From NCBI GenBank assembly GCA_029258795.1, contig JAPDKB010000009.1:1-64000 (forward strand): 64,000 bases of DNA, given 5' to 3'. Of the stretch, positions 1 to 10,248 are shown in pieces. The position numbers and the translations under genes were made by a program. The notes under the pieces are model-generated. The model had not been told where the DNA came from. It did no database searches and was given only the letters and a program-made list of their open reading frames with translations. Position 1 is the stretch's first letter; the number at the start of each line of letters is the position of its first letter. Source of the DNA: an archaeon (GTDB lineage: Archaea; EX4484-52; WAPT01).

Positions 1-208
1 ACAGTATTCCCCCTCCTGTAGGGCCAACATACTCCTTCAGTATTTTGAGCACCTCTGCCATGAAGTAGTCGGCACCCATCAGCACCAATCTCTTACCATT
101 CACTATAAAGTTACCGTTGGTATCGCCGTGTGCCTTCAGGCCCACAAGCCTCTTGAACTCACCATCCCTTATCTTTTCCATTTTTTTGATATCAAGCTGA
201 ACATCCAC
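1..208 (-). CDS. V4R/XylR-N-like protein, partial (runs off window start)
   Basis: GAGGTGA RBS then GTG; translation VDVQLDIKKMEKIRDGEFKRLVGLKAHGDTNGNFIVNGKRLVLMGADYF...EYVGPTGGGIL resembles the N-terminus of the neighbouring V4R protein. Confidence 0.6.
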   Translation of the reverse strand, partial: MDVQLDIKKMEKIRDGEFKRLVGLKAHGDTNGNFIVNGKRLVLMGADYFMAEVLKILKEYVGPTGGGIL

Positions 209-224
209 TTTTATCACCTCATAT

Positions 225-899
225 CTAAGCTTCAGGAGCTGTTACTATGAACTCACAGTATTTATCACCCTTCGCACGGCACTTAACCTCTCTGGCGATC
301 ACCTCTTTTCCATGAAGTGCCATATATGCCCCTGCGACAATTCCTGTCATAAAGTGACACACGGGTTCAGAGGTTTTTATGTTCTCATCCACATAGTAAG
401 CACTTTCGAAGGTGTTATCCATAACTACTCTAACGAATACAGGATTATGACTATCATGTGTGATTTCGGAATTTCCTATCCATCCAGCGTACTTACCATA
501 TCCAAATATCTTTGCGATTATTTCGAGAGGATCATCACCCTTGAGCTTGCCTAAAAACTTTGCGTCTGCTCCGCTGAAGACCCCTTTAAGTGCCAGAAGG
601 GGGGAACTGGAGGACTTGAACATTTTCACGATGTCTTTTGCTGCATTCACTCCAAAATCATAGAAAAATTTCTTGGCTATTCCCGGACCAACCATTTTCT
701 TTGTTAATTCAACGACTTTTCCAAAAACTTTATAATTTACAAGCACTAATCTTCTATCCTTGGCACTAATCTTACCATCCTTATCTGCAGTGATGGTTAC
801 TAACTTTGGTGCGACCTTAAACATCGCCTCTCTAATTTCGATAAGATCCTTCATTTTTTCTTCAGGTATCTCACCAATCAGTTCCACCATATGCCTCAC
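225..899 (-). CDS. V4R domain protein
   Basis: PVCHFMTGIVAG and EVKCRAKGDKYCEF V4R motifs. Confidence 0.9.
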   Translation of the reverse strand: MRHMVELIGEIPEEKMKDLIEIREAMFKVAPKLVTITADKDGKISAKDRRLVLVNYKVFGKVVELTKKMVGPGIAKKFFYDFGVNAAKDIVKMFKSSSSPLLALKGVFSGADAKFLGKLKGDDPLEIIAKIFGYGKYAGWIGNSEITHDSHNPVFVRVVMDNTFESAYYVDENIKTSEPVCHFMTGIVAGAYMALHGKEVIAREVKCRAKGDKYCEFIVTAPEA

Positions 900-971
900 A
901 CCATCACGCTTTTTTGAGCGTTCGACACCGGTTTAACTATTAGACAAATGTTGTATATAAAATTTGTGTTT

Positions 972-3323
972 TCACTTCTGAGTTACGGTTATATGGGTGG
1001 CATTAAACAGGAACCCTCGATTTAGAAGCTGAAGAAGATGTTTGCCCTCGTGCAAAATAAATCTGTTATCGATTCTCATATTCTCGGGCAGTGTTAATAT
1101 AATTCTCAATATCCAGTAATCCTTCAGATTGTATCCAAAGTTTGCGTTCTCTGATTCAAACATTCCAGATCTAGTCCACCCGAGTCTTTCAACAACTCTT
1201 TTTTCGTTATCGTTGGTGAATATTACATATACTTTGTGGTTTTTGATATCATCGACACTCTTTATGAAATTTGACCCGTTCGATCCAAAGATGTGGATGC
1301 CCGAACAGAAATCTATGCCTGCAATTGAGGTATTGATTACCCCAATTACTCCGCACTCCGTTTTTGTGGTGCTATTGAAGTTTCCTTCAATCGATATCGT
1401 GATGTTTCCCACGGTCATTTTTACTCCGCTTGCAATCGTGATTAATGTCTCATTGAAGCCGTAAAGCAGCGAGTTGTTCCACACCTCCACACGTAAGATG
1501 TGTGTACCTCCTCCCAGTGACGAGGAAGGGATGTGTGTTGAGTACACGCCTGCATCCACTTCTCTCAAATTGATTCTGAAGAGCTGAGAAACATTCACAT
1601 CGTTATCTTTAAAAACAAAGCTATTTATGGAAAGCCCGCTAGTTCTTTGGGAGTTATTCTCCACAACTATCAATAAATATATTGTATCCTCCAGACCGAA
1701 AACATCAACTTTATTTGCTATACAATCATTCCAGAAATAGCGCTCTTCATTAGAAACGCAAACATTCACGTTATAACTAACAACGTTCAATTTGGCTGTG
1801 GGAGCAGGAACAACCTCTCTTAATTCGGAACCATTTGACAGAGTTGAACTTGCATGGAAAATGAGGAGATAACTTCCAGGCACAATCTCTGAAAACAGGG
1901 AATCAATGCTAATGAGGGAGTGCCACCACCCTTCAGAGTTTCGAGAACTCGTGTTTTCAAGATACACAACCGCATGCTCATTGGACGGAGAAATCATCTC
2001 GACCCATACAGAGCTAATGTCGGCATCTCTGTTCCTGTAAACATAACAGCTTATATTGATTCTGGGGTCAGCCTTAACAGCGCTTAATGGGGATGATGTT
2101 GCACTACCAGCCAAAAATATACCGCTGGCGTTTTCAATCCCTATTCTCACAACAAACCCACTCTCATTCCACCCATAATCCCCGTTTTCATCCCACACCT
2201 CCACACTCAAAACATGCGTCCCAGCATCACGTGGAGCAATGAAGGAATAATTGTACTTCCCGGCATCATCGGTTGTGGTGAAAACACTCTCGCTTCCAAT
2301 GCTAACAACAGCAGGTTCAACGTCCACAACCTTCCTTAAGAACACATCATCGAAGTAGGAGCTATAGGCCGACGAGAAAAACACGCTGATCGTTAAACCC
2401 AAACCCACGCTGTGGTATCCGGAGCTAACACTGAACTTGGCCACACCACCATAAAGACCAGCACCGCTATAACTCTGGCTGAAAACCACATTTCCATCCA
2501 CATTAACAACAGTGTTCACAGTACTCAAAAACCCGGGTGCATCGTTCCTGTACTTGAAAACGAGTTCATAGTTCCCTCCATCCAGATAGATGGAGTGCTG
2601 ACTCAACGCCTGACAGGAGGAAAACCACCCAGCTCTAGCTCTAACCTCCATCGAGTAAGGATGCGAGCTGTAATACGCTGTACTCACTTCATTCCATGCA
2701 TTACCACAATCATGACTTAAACTCCACCCGTCAAGCAAGCCATCATCAAAGTCATCATAAAAAACAAACACGGCAGAAGCATTGCTTCTGCTGGTAGCGT
2801 TAGCATTACCATAAACCATAAATATCTCGGTCCCCTTGCTGGCTGAGATGAACGGGACCTTAACCCAGATAACCGTACTTACGCTACCACACCCACTCTC
2901 AACCCAGTAATCAAGCAGCTTTCCACTCCTATCCACAAACCTGATATCACCACAATCACTTCTCATCTTTCCAGCGGAAATTAAGCTTGAAGTATCAACC
3001 ACAACCCGAATGGTGTAGTTCCACACATCAACACTGCCGCCACTAACATTTATGCTCCTCCAGAATTTCCATAACCCGTTCTCACCCTTCAAATACCCTC
3101 CATCTCCAACCATTTCAGCAAGACCACCATCCAGCTTGAAATGCAACGGCACCCTGCCAACAACCTTTCCACTTGAATTGACAACATGTCCACTCACGCT
3201 CACCTTCTCATACGGATTCACCATCGTGGCATTCAGCCCAACACTCACGTTCAGTGCTACACACAAATGTATGTAAAGAGGCAGGGGCAACAGGAATCCC
3301 AGAATTAAATACCGCTTTACCAT
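972..3323 (-). CDS. DUF2341-domain secreted/surface protein of the pilus locus
   Basis: N-terminal signal peptide; GKMRSDCGDIRFVD...LDYWVE...IWVKVP...YGN...FVFYDDFDDG DUF2341 signature; many NxS/T sequons. Confidence 0.85.
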   Translation of the reverse strand: MVKRYLILGFLLPLPLYIHLCVALNVSVGLNATMVNPYEKVSVSGHVVNSSGKVVGRVPLHFKLDGGLAEMVGDGGYLKGENGLWKFWRSINVSGGSVDVWNYTIRVVVDTSSLISAGKMRSDCGDIRFVDRSGKLLDYWVESGCGSVSTVIWVKVPFISASKGTEIFMVYGNANATSRSNASAVFVFYDDFDDGLLDGWSLSHDCGNAWNEVSTAYYSSHPYSMEVRARAGWFSSCQALSQHSIYLDGGNYELVFKYRNDAPGFLSTVNTVVNVDGNVVFSQSYSGAGLYGGVAKFSVSSGYHSVGLGLTISVFFSSAYSSYFDDVFLRKVVDVEPAVVSIGSESVFTTTDDAGKYNYSFIAPRDAGTHVLSVEVWDENGDYGWNESGFVVRIGIENASGIFLAGSATSSPLSAVKADPRINISCYVYRNRDADISSVWVEMISPSNEHAVVYLENTSSRNSEGWWHSLISIDSLFSEIVPGSYLLIFHASSTLSNGSELREVVPAPTAKLNVVSYNVNVCVSNEERYFWNDCIANKVDVFGLEDTIYLLIVVENNSQRTSGLSINSFVFKDNDVNVSQLFRINLREVDAGVYSTHIPSSSLGGGTHILRVEVWNNSLLYGFNETLITIASGVKMTVGNITISIEGNFNSTTKTECGVIGVINTSIAGIDFCSGIHIFGSNGSNFIKSVDDIKNHKVYVIFTNDNEKRVVERLGWTRSGMFESENANFGYNLKDYWILRIILTLPENMRIDNRFILHEGKHLLQLLNRGFLFNATHITVTQK

Positions 3324-3338
3324 GAATTCTTGTTGTGT

Positions 3339-3809
3339 TTACTGAATTATAAAATAATCTCTCTCCACACTGACTGCATTCATACCGCATCTTCGCGGCA
3401 CCACTCTAACTTCTTTAACCGAAGGAGGAACACCATCCAGAACTATATAACCGATATCTCCCGGAGAGAGTGTCCCAAGAGAGAAATTTGCACCGTTACG
3501 ATACACCGCTATATCGTAACTCTCGTTCACAACCACCACTTTATCTATGTTCACGCTTCTTGTACCGCTCGCACGAACTCTAACTATCATCCTCTTTTCA
3601 GCAGCAGAATAAACTACCTCATCGACGTTTATGGTGGCGTAGGAACAACCTATCTCGCTTGTATCTGCCAGTTCTTCGGTTTGTTGCTTGGCGATGAATT
3701 TCATCCATCCGCCTATAAATCCCGCTAAACCCACGACTATTACAACAAGTAAAACCGACGCAAGCAATGGTGAGATACCACACCTATTCCTCACGTACAC
3801 ACCCTCCAT
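3339..3809 (-). CDS. archaeal type IV pilin (class III signal peptide)
   Basis: RNRCG|ISPLLASVLLVVIVVGLAG processing site and hydrophobic N-domain; start may be the GTG at 3794. Confidence 0.85.
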   Translation of the reverse strand: MEGVYVRNRCGISPLLASVLLVVIVVGLAGFIGGWMKFIAKQQTEELADTSEIGCSYATINVDEVVYSAAEKRMIVRVRASGTRSVNIDKVVVVNESYDIAVYRNGANFSLGTLSPGDIGYIVLDGVPPSVKEVRVVPRRCGMNAVSVERDYFIIQ

Positions 3810-3812
3810 AAC

Positions 3813-4355
3813 TCATATTAATGGTTGTTCACCTTTATATGTGAAAAAGCTCCATCCTAAAGGAGGCCTTTTTGCTATTGCCGTTACTTCCACACATTTA
3901 TCGAATATTTTAACGATTTCAGGACCACCATCTGCACCCGCATGCTCACCATTTTCACCAAAGAATTCACTAACATTGATGTAGATGTAAGCAGAGGAGC
4001 CCCTCGGTATGGTTATTTTTGTTTCATTTAATCTTTTTTCAATCTTCGAATCCCCAACACTCACGATAATCAGCGAGGGTTCGATTTCACGCAATCCTGT
4101 GTTTTGAATGTAAACTGCAAAAACATGCGATTTTGGATCATACTGGCTGTACACCTCCCTTATTTCAAAGGATTTGTGAAGACAGCTCTCATTAACTTTT
4201 TCAGCTCTCGGAGTTGTTATCATCCTTCCAGATACAAGTATGACCGCAACTCCAATCACGACCAGCACAAGTATTACTGTTATTTTTTTCTCGTTAAAGG
4301 AGGATAATACCATGAGTTTAATTGTGTTTTTTTCACATTTATATCTGTTTTTCAT
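3813..4355 (-). CDS. membrane-anchored pilus-associated hypothetical protein
   Basis: single N-terminal TM helix, 'VYIQNTG' Ig-like strand, overlaps upstream TadC-like gene by 4 nt. Confidence 0.65.
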   Translation of the reverse strand: MKNRYKCEKNTIKLMVLSSFNEKKITVILVLVVIGVAVILVSGRMITTPRAEKVNESCLHKSFEIREVYSQYDPKSHVFAVYIQNTGLREIEPSLIIVSVGDSKIEKRLNETKITIPRGSSAYIYINVSEFFGENGEHAGADGGPEIVKIFDKCVEVTAIAKRPPLGWSFFTYKGEQPLI

Positions 4356-5260
4356 GAAAATATCCCGTGTCCTATCACCATTAACAAGTACCCTGTGATG
4401 GATAATACTAAAGAATGCTTCAGTCCATCAGTAAATGTGCCTTCAGCAAGTTTTCCTATAGCCAGTCCTGAAAAGAATCCCTGTATCAGAACCATTCTTA
4501 GAAAAAGTTTGTGATATTCCTCCAAGCTTATGCCAGAACCCATAACTGCCATACCTCCTCCCATAAATGTTGCTGCTTTACCTCCGAGTTCTGTTGCACC
4601 ACCACCGAGAAGAGAAGGCAAGAGAAAATCTTGCAATGCTATCATTATGCCTATAAAGATAAAGAATATGAGATAGCCCTGTGTCCTCTGACTGGATATC
4701 ATGGACCTTCTTTCATCCTTTATTTTTTCAACTTCGACTGTGGCTTTGGTAACAGAATCTATGGCTTCAGCCAGTTCTCCACCACTTCTATGTGCTTCTA
4801 TTATTACTGACACCGCTCTCGCTATCACTCTGCTTCTTGTGGCTTTCATGAACTCTTTCAAGGCGGTTTCAAAGGGCACGCCCCATGAAATCTGCGCCAC
4901 CATTCTTTTAACCAGTGGGTTAAGCGCTCCATAATCCGCTTTTGAAGCATATTTTAAGGATAGGGGTAAGCTCATTCCACCACGTAGACCCTCAACAACT
5001 TCTCTCATGAAGTCCGGGAAGCGCTCCTCCATCTCCTTTATCCTCCTGTACTTCATGTATCTCATCATGGCCGGAGGTACAATCACCACTACTAACGCTA
5101 CAGCATTGAGCACATTGCTCAAAAGAGCCATCCCGGGAATGCGAGAAATATACAATACGTTGAAGATATAGATAAATACACCTCCGATAAGCGATGCTAC
5201 AAGCATATATATCTCTTCTTTCTCGATGTTGGCTTCCTCCAAAAACTTGTTGAAATCCAT
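4352..5260 (-). CDS. type II secretion F / TadC-ArlJ platform protein
   Basis: EERFPDFMREVVEGLRGGMSL, YGALN, SGGEL, QGFFSGLAIGKL motifs. Confidence 0.9.
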   Translation of the reverse strand: MDFNKFLEEANIEKEEIYMLVASLIGGVFIYIFNVLYISRIPGMALLSNVLNAVALVVVIVPPAMMRYMKYRRIKEMEERFPDFMREVVEGLRGGMSLPLSLKYASKADYGALNPLVKRMVAQISWGVPFETALKEFMKATRSRVIARAVSVIIEAHRSGGELAEAIDSVTKATVEVEKIKDERRSMISSQRTQGYLIFFIFIGIMIALQDFLLPSLLGGGATELGGKAATFMGGGMAVMGSGISLEEYHKLFLRMVLIQGFFSGLAIGKLAEGTFTDGLKHSLVLSITGYLLMVIGHGIFS

Positions 5261-5270
5261 AATTATTACC

Positions 5271-6347
5271 TCACACTTCTGGTTGAGATACAGACAGCAT
5301 CAACAGGAATATGAAATTCAGAGATGGCAGCACGAAATAGATTCCGAGTTTCATGAGAGTCAATAGGTCAAAACCCATAAACCCGCCTTTTGATGGTAGA
5401 ACGCTCATTATTGCGAAAACCGTAACCATGAGTAGGGGTGCGATTATCAATAACGCAGTATACATGTCCGCAAAGGTGGACAGATTTTCTATATACTTCT
5501 TTCTTTCCAGCCTGTAATTGAAAAGCGCCCTTTCTGCCATCTCATTCAGATATTCCCTGAGATTTCCACCACTCTCTATTATGGATAGCATACCGAATAG
5601 TAATTCTTTCAGCTTTTGTGAAGACGTCCTTCTGGCAACATAACGTATGGCTGTGGTTATATCCTCACCAAATATTTTTACTCTCTCCACAATTCTTCTG
5701 GATTCTTCAGATATGCCGCCATATTCTGTAAATTCACTCAGCATCTCAAAGGTTTTGTCAGGAGGTACTCCCGATGTTGTTATGGCAGCCATGTGGCTTA
5801 AAGCGAAGGTCAGATTGGCATCTATACTGGATTTCATTCTCGATATTTTATTAACCGGGTAAAAATAAAATAACAGGAAAGTGATAGTAGCGGCTCCTAC
5901 CGATGCAGCGAGTAAAACGAGGATGAGCTTGAGTCCGGTGATTTTGAGTAAGGATACTATGGGATATACTACTATAAAACCAGAGATTCCAACGAAAAAG
6001 GACACGCCAACTGCCGTCGAGAAATACGTTTCTGGGAGTACTCTCATGGACGCCATTTCCAGATTTCTGGACATTTTTTTATAGATGCCGGGGCAGTAAT
6101 TTGCAATTTTTCCAAATACTGCATTGAAGAATATCGAGCTATTTTTGGAGTAGTAAGCATCTCCTATGATTTCCATTAAATTCTTCACAGAATCGCTTAC
6201 CTTTGGCGTTTTGAATTTTTTCTTTTCCTTCTTTTCCTCCGTTATCAATCCAGCTTTCTTTAACTTTTCTATAATTTCTTCTTTATTTTTGTTCATTTTT
6301 CTTCTTTTTGGATGAAAAAAAAGCAATTTTGCTTTCATGATTCTCAC
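5271..6347 (-). CDS. type II secretion F / TadC-ArlJ platform protein
   Basis: IDANLTFALSHMAA..SGVPP, YGGISEE, GEDITTAI, SGGNL motifs. Confidence 0.9.
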   Translation of the reverse strand: MRIMKAKLLFFHPKRRKMNKNKEEIIEKLKKAGLITEEKKEKKKFKTPKVSDSVKNLMEIIGDAYYSKNSSIFFNAVFGKIANYCPGIYKKMSRNLEMASMRVLPETYFSTAVGVSFFVGISGFIVVYPIVSLLKITGLKLILVLLAASVGAATITFLLFYFYPVNKISRMKSSIDANLTFALSHMAAITTSGVPPDKTFEMLSEFTEYGGISEESRRIVERVKIFGEDITTAIRYVARRTSSQKLKELLFGMLSIIESGGNLREYLNEMAERALFNYRLERKKYIENLSTFADMYTALLIIAPLLMVTVFAIMSVLPSKGGFMGFDLLTLMKLGIYFVLPSLNFIFLLMLSVSQPEV

Positions 6348-7096
6348 TCAATGGTCACGAACACCTCCTCATGCGGGTATATTACCATCCCATTAGGAGT
6401 TATTTTAATGGGATGAACTTTGGAAGAATGGTTCGTTCTTCTCATTTTCCTTATAATTATCACTCTTACATATTCTGTCTGCGCGAGTATGTAGTATAGC
6501 AGGATTATTCCGTCACACACGAACTCTTCCACATCAAACCTGCTCAGCTTCCTGAGATTGTCGGACGGTATCTCTGACGTTAAGAGAGCAACGGCCTGAT
6601 GTTCAAAAATAAGGTCCTGAATGTCCATCAAGCACTTTCGAATCTCTCTTACATCTCGAAGGTAGAGGTTCATAGCGCTTATAGAGTCAATCACGACACG
6701 TTTTGCTCCCATTTCTCTAACGTTTGAGGCAAGTATGTCAAAGATGTTTTCATACTTGTAGGGGTCGTATTTTATTATGCGTATCATATCTTGGGACATT
6801 AACTCCTCCATATTCCATCCAAACTGCTTACAGGTTCGAAGTACTGCGGACTCTCTCTCCTCAAGGCTCAGATAGAACCCCTTTTCTCCGTTTAGCGCAC
6901 CCCTATAAAGAAACTCAAGGGCGAACATCGTTTTTCCACTACCTGCAGGTCCGGCAAGCAATACTGTGTTACCAGCTGGGATTCCACCATCCACAAGCTC
7001 ATCCGCGCCCTCTATTCCAATCTTTATTCTGGGCATGTTATCTTCTCCAGTGTCTGTTGTGGCCGTCATGAAATCCATACTGCTCATCTTTTTCAC
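6344..7096 (-). CDS. KaiC/RAD55-like ATPase
   Basis: Walker A GPAGSGKT, RVVIDS, VEEFVCDGII, IRKMRRTNHS. Confidence 0.92.
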   Translation of the reverse strand: MKKMSSMDFMTATTDTGEDNMPRIKIGIEGADELVDGGIPAGNTVLLAGPAGSGKTMFALEFLYRGALNGEKGFYLSLEERESAVLRTCKQFGWNMEELMSQDMIRIIKYDPYKYENIFDILASNVREMGAKRVVIDSISAMNLYLRDVREIRKCLMDIQDLIFEHQAVALLTSEIPSDNLRKLSRFDVEEFVCDGIILLYYILAQTEYVRVIIIRKMRRTNHSSKVHPIKITPNGMVIYPHEEVFVTIE

Positions 7097-7155
7097 CCGT
7101 GTTAAGATTCTTTTTGATAACTATAAATTAGTGTGCAACACCATAATATATTTTT

Positions 7156-8847
7156 TCAGGTGTTTGCGCTCAGCTCATTTGAATTACTTTGTTCAGCACT
7201 TTGGATGTTTATGCTCGTTTTATTCATACTTTTGTTCTCCTCCATCATTTTTATGGCTCTTTTCTTGTCTTTATAATAAAGAGATATGAGCTTGCTTACT
7301 TCATTGAAGTCAAATATTTTGTTGTTATAAATCCATTCAAGATATTTCCTCCTGGTGTCTATCTCTTTTTCGATTTGATGGGGGGGCATCCCTATTTCTA
7401 CCGATATTACGTCAAGAACGTAACTCCTTTTCTTTGCAAACTTATCGAAAGCAGGATCCCATGTGAACACCTTGTTTATTCTGGCTTTTCCTGTGCCAGG
7501 ATCTATCGTCTCGAGCTCCACTATCTCCTTTATTCTCCTAGCCGATTTACCTAGATGCGGGGTCTTATGCATAATTATAATTATATCTAGTGTCTCAAGT
7601 AGAGACGGAGGAAGTTCGATGGGAGGTGTTTGCATTCTTTTGATTATATCATCCACACTACCACCGTGAATCGTGCTTAAAGCCGTGTGACCAGAAGCCA
7701 TACCCTGAAATAGGACTGTGGCTTCCCTACCCCTAACCTCGCCCACTATAATGTAATCAGGATTCTGCCTAAAGCTCGCTTTCAGCAGATCAAACATGCT
7801 GACTTCCCCATATTTGGTAGCGGATTCAGTAACTCCAAATCCTGTTCTGGACACTGCTGGAATCCAGTTATCGTGGTAAAGATTAAGCTCTCTCGTATCT
7901 TCTATGCTGACTATTTTAGCTTCCGGCGGTATGAAGGACACCACAGCATTCATAATACTCGTTTTACCTGCTCCGGTACCTCCCGCAATTAGTATGTTCT
8001 TTCCATGCTCCACCGTGAACCAAAGATACGCTAACACTTCTGAAGATGCTGTGCCGAGTCGCATCATATCTATGGGGCTGTATGGTGTGGCTCTAAATTT
8101 TCTTATGGAGAATGTAGGACCCCTCGTTGTCACATCACTTGCCAGAGTTGCGTTGACTCTGGAGCCATCGGGCAAGCTTCCGTCCAGTAAGGGCTCCGCA
8201 TAAGATATGTAACGACCGCATCTTTCCGCAAGCTTGATAACGAATTCTTGAAGCTCACGCTTGTCATCAAAAATAACATTGGATTTTATGTTCCCGAATT
8301 TCTTATGTGTTATGTAGAGGGGGACGCTGACACCATCACACCCTATATCCTCAATGTATTCGTCGTGCATGAGCGGTTCTAGCTTGTTCAGTCCCACGAA
8401 GTCACGATAAACGTAATAGAAAATTTTGGTGAACTGTCCCGGCTTTATATTGAGGCGAAGCTCTTTTATTATTTTCAAGCTTTTGGATTTGAGGTATTCG
8501 AGCAGCTTTTCTGGATCGCCTGCCTCATCAAAATCTATATCTATAACTTTCACCAAACTCTCTTTCAATTTGTTGAAGATTTCTTTTTCCTCCTCGCTTA
8601 ATTTTGGCTCTATCACTTCATAAACAAGCTCTTTATTTTCCTCATCCCATCTTATTCTTGCATAAGCAAAAGGGTGAATTAACGGATACCTGACATCTGT
8701 TTGTGAAACGTCCTTTATTACGGGAAGAACGACATATTTTTTCTTCAGACCTATTCTGAACATCTCTATTTCTCTCTCTATGGTTTTGAGCTCTTCTTTT
8801 GCTTCAAGATAGCGCTTTCTTAACCATCCTCTTAATTGCAATCCCAT
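7156..8847 (-). CDS. type IV pilus assembly ATPase (VirB11/ArlI family)
   Basis: LPDGSRVNAT, FSIRKF, GGTGAGKT, SIEDTRE, RQNPDYIIVGEVRG. Confidence 0.95.
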   Translation of the reverse strand: MGLQLRGWLRKRYLEAKEELKTIEREIEMFRIGLKKKYVVLPVIKDVSQTDVRYPLIHPFAYARIRWDEENKELVYEVIEPKLSEEEKEIFNKLKESLVKVIDIDFDEAGDPEKLLEYLKSKSLKIIKELRLNIKPGQFTKIFYYVYRDFVGLNKLEPLMHDEYIEDIGCDGVSVPLYITHKKFGNIKSNVIFDDKRELQEFVIKLAERCGRYISYAEPLLDGSLPDGSRVNATLASDVTTRGPTFSIRKFRATPYSPIDMMRLGTASSEVLAYLWFTVEHGKNILIAGGTGAGKTSIMNAVVSFIPPEAKIVSIEDTRELNLYHDNWIPAVSRTGFGVTESATKYGEVSMFDLLKASFRQNPDYIIVGEVRGREATVLFQGMASGHTALSTIHGGSVDDIIKRMQTPPIELPPSLLETLDIIIIMHKTPHLGKSARRIKEIVELETIDPGTGKARINKVFTWDPAFDKFAKKRSYVLDVISVEIGMPPHQIEKEIDTRRKYLEWIYNNKIFDFNEVSKLISLYYKDKKRAIKMMEENKSMNKTSINIQSAEQSNSNELSANT

Positions 8848-8930
8848 ACTATTCTGTTTTTATTTTCTGGCATTTATATTTTTGCGCGAGAGAAGGAACA
8901 ATTAAAAAGTTTTGGGAAAGAATATCTTCC

Positions 8931-9929
8931 ATGGACATGGAGGACATTCTTCGAGAGGCGGAAAAGTACAAGGAAAGGCTTGAGGGAGAGCTTAAGAATA
9001 CCATACCATCCGAGGGAATAAAAAATTTTCATGATGCGATGCACTACCATCTATCCACAGGCGGGAAAAGGTTAAGACCTATACTGGCACTTCTGACCGC
9101 AAGAGCCCTTGGAGTGGATGAGGAAAAAGTCATGCCCTTTGCCGTAGCGTGTGAGCTTCTCCACAACTGGCTCTTAATTCATGATGACATCGAGGATGGA
9201 GATACCGTAAGGCGGGGTAAGCCTGCGGTATGGGTGAAGTATGGACTTGCTCACGGAGTAAATGTTGGGGATGGGATGGCACATTACGCCATTAAATCTG
9301 TTTTGAGGTGTTACGAGAAGGGAGTACCAGCCGAAACCGTTTTCCGCCTTTTGGAAGTTTACGCTGATACAGCAATTAAAACTGCGGAGGGGCAGGCGTT
9401 GGAGATAAATCTTAGGAACAATGATCATCCAACGGAAGAGGAATACATGAGAATGGTGACGGGTAAAACCGCTTATTATTTGACCATTCCGATGGTGGGA
9501 GCAGCGGTAATTGCAGGGATGGATGATAACTTTGTGAATAGAATAGTGGAATATGGCAAATGTGTAGGACCAGCGTTTCAAATAAGGGATGATGTGATTG
9601 ATCTCACCGAGGGGAAAGGCAGGGACGATATAGGTAATGACATAAAGGAAGGCAAGAGGAGCATACTGGTTGTTTATGCACTTGAGGCTGCTTCGGAAGA
9701 AGAAAAGAATAAGTTGATTGAGATACTCAACAAGCCCCGTGAAGAAACCACAAGAGAGGATGTGCTGTGGGTAGTTGAGTTGTTCCGCAAGACAGGAGCA
9801 ATTGAGCGTGCAAATCAAAAAGCAGAAGAGCTGGTAAATAAAGCAAAAGAAGTGATTTCCCCGCTTCCAGACCAGCTTAAAGAAATACTGGAAGCGATGG
9901 CAGATTACATGATTAAAAGAAAAACCTGA
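8931..9929 (+). CDS. idsA: polyprenyl (geranylgeranyl) diphosphate synthase
   Basis: GGKRLRP, FARM HDDIED..RRGKP, SARM QIRDD, DIKEGK; start placed at ATG 8931. Confidence 0.88.
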   Translation: MDMEDILREAEKYKERLEGELKNTIPSEGIKNFHDAMHYHLSTGGKRLRPILALLTARALGVDEEKVMPFAVACELLHNWLLIHDDIEDGDTVRRGKPAVWVKYGLAHGVNVGDGMAHYAIKSVLRCYEKGVPAETVFRLLEVYADTAIKTAEGQALEINLRNNDHPTEEEYMRMVTGKTAYYLTIPMVGAAVIAGMDDNFVNRIVEYGKCVGPAFQIRDDVIDLTEGKGRDDIGNDIKEGKRSILVVYALEAASEEEKNKLIEILNKPREETTREDVLWVVELFRKTGAIERANQKAEELVNKAKEVISPLPDQLKEILEAMADYMIKRKT

Positions 9930-9950
9930 AAAATAAGGGGGTGATGTTCT

Positions 9951-10211
9951 ATTCCAAAAAGAGGGCCTGCTTACAAAAGAGGATGGGATGCTCCATCTAG
10001 CAGGGGGCATGCTCCGACCGTTGAGTGTAGCTATTGCGGTAGAATCGTGCCAAAATACAAATGTTTCGTTGTGTATAGGGGCTTCAGAATAAACGACCCG
10101 AGCTTGAGGAGAGAAATAGATCCGAGGTTTGCTTCCTCCACAGTTCAGAAGATGTACGCATGTCCCAAATGTGCCAGATTCCACGGCATAGTGCAGAAGA
10201 AGAAAAAATGA
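9951..10211 (+). CDS. rps26e: 30S ribosomal protein eS26, apparent ATT start
   Basis: (I/M)PKRGPAYKRGWDAPSSRGHAPTVECSYCGRIVPKYK...YACPKCARFHGIV: two CxxC pairs and eS26 layout; GGTGA RBS 6 nt before ATT; in-frame TGA at 9942-9944. Confidence 0.8.
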   Translation: MPKRGPAYKRGWDAPSSRGHAPTVECSYCGRIVPKYKCFVVYRGFRINDPSLRREIDPRFASSTVQKMYACPKCARFHGIVQKKKK

Positions 10212-10248
10212 AAATTTTTATATGGTGGTGTGAGCCAGATAAAATTTC

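Noticed and set aside
9174-10184. 336-aa minus-strand ORF
   Set aside because: Antisense shadow of idsA and eS26 with no recognisable motifs
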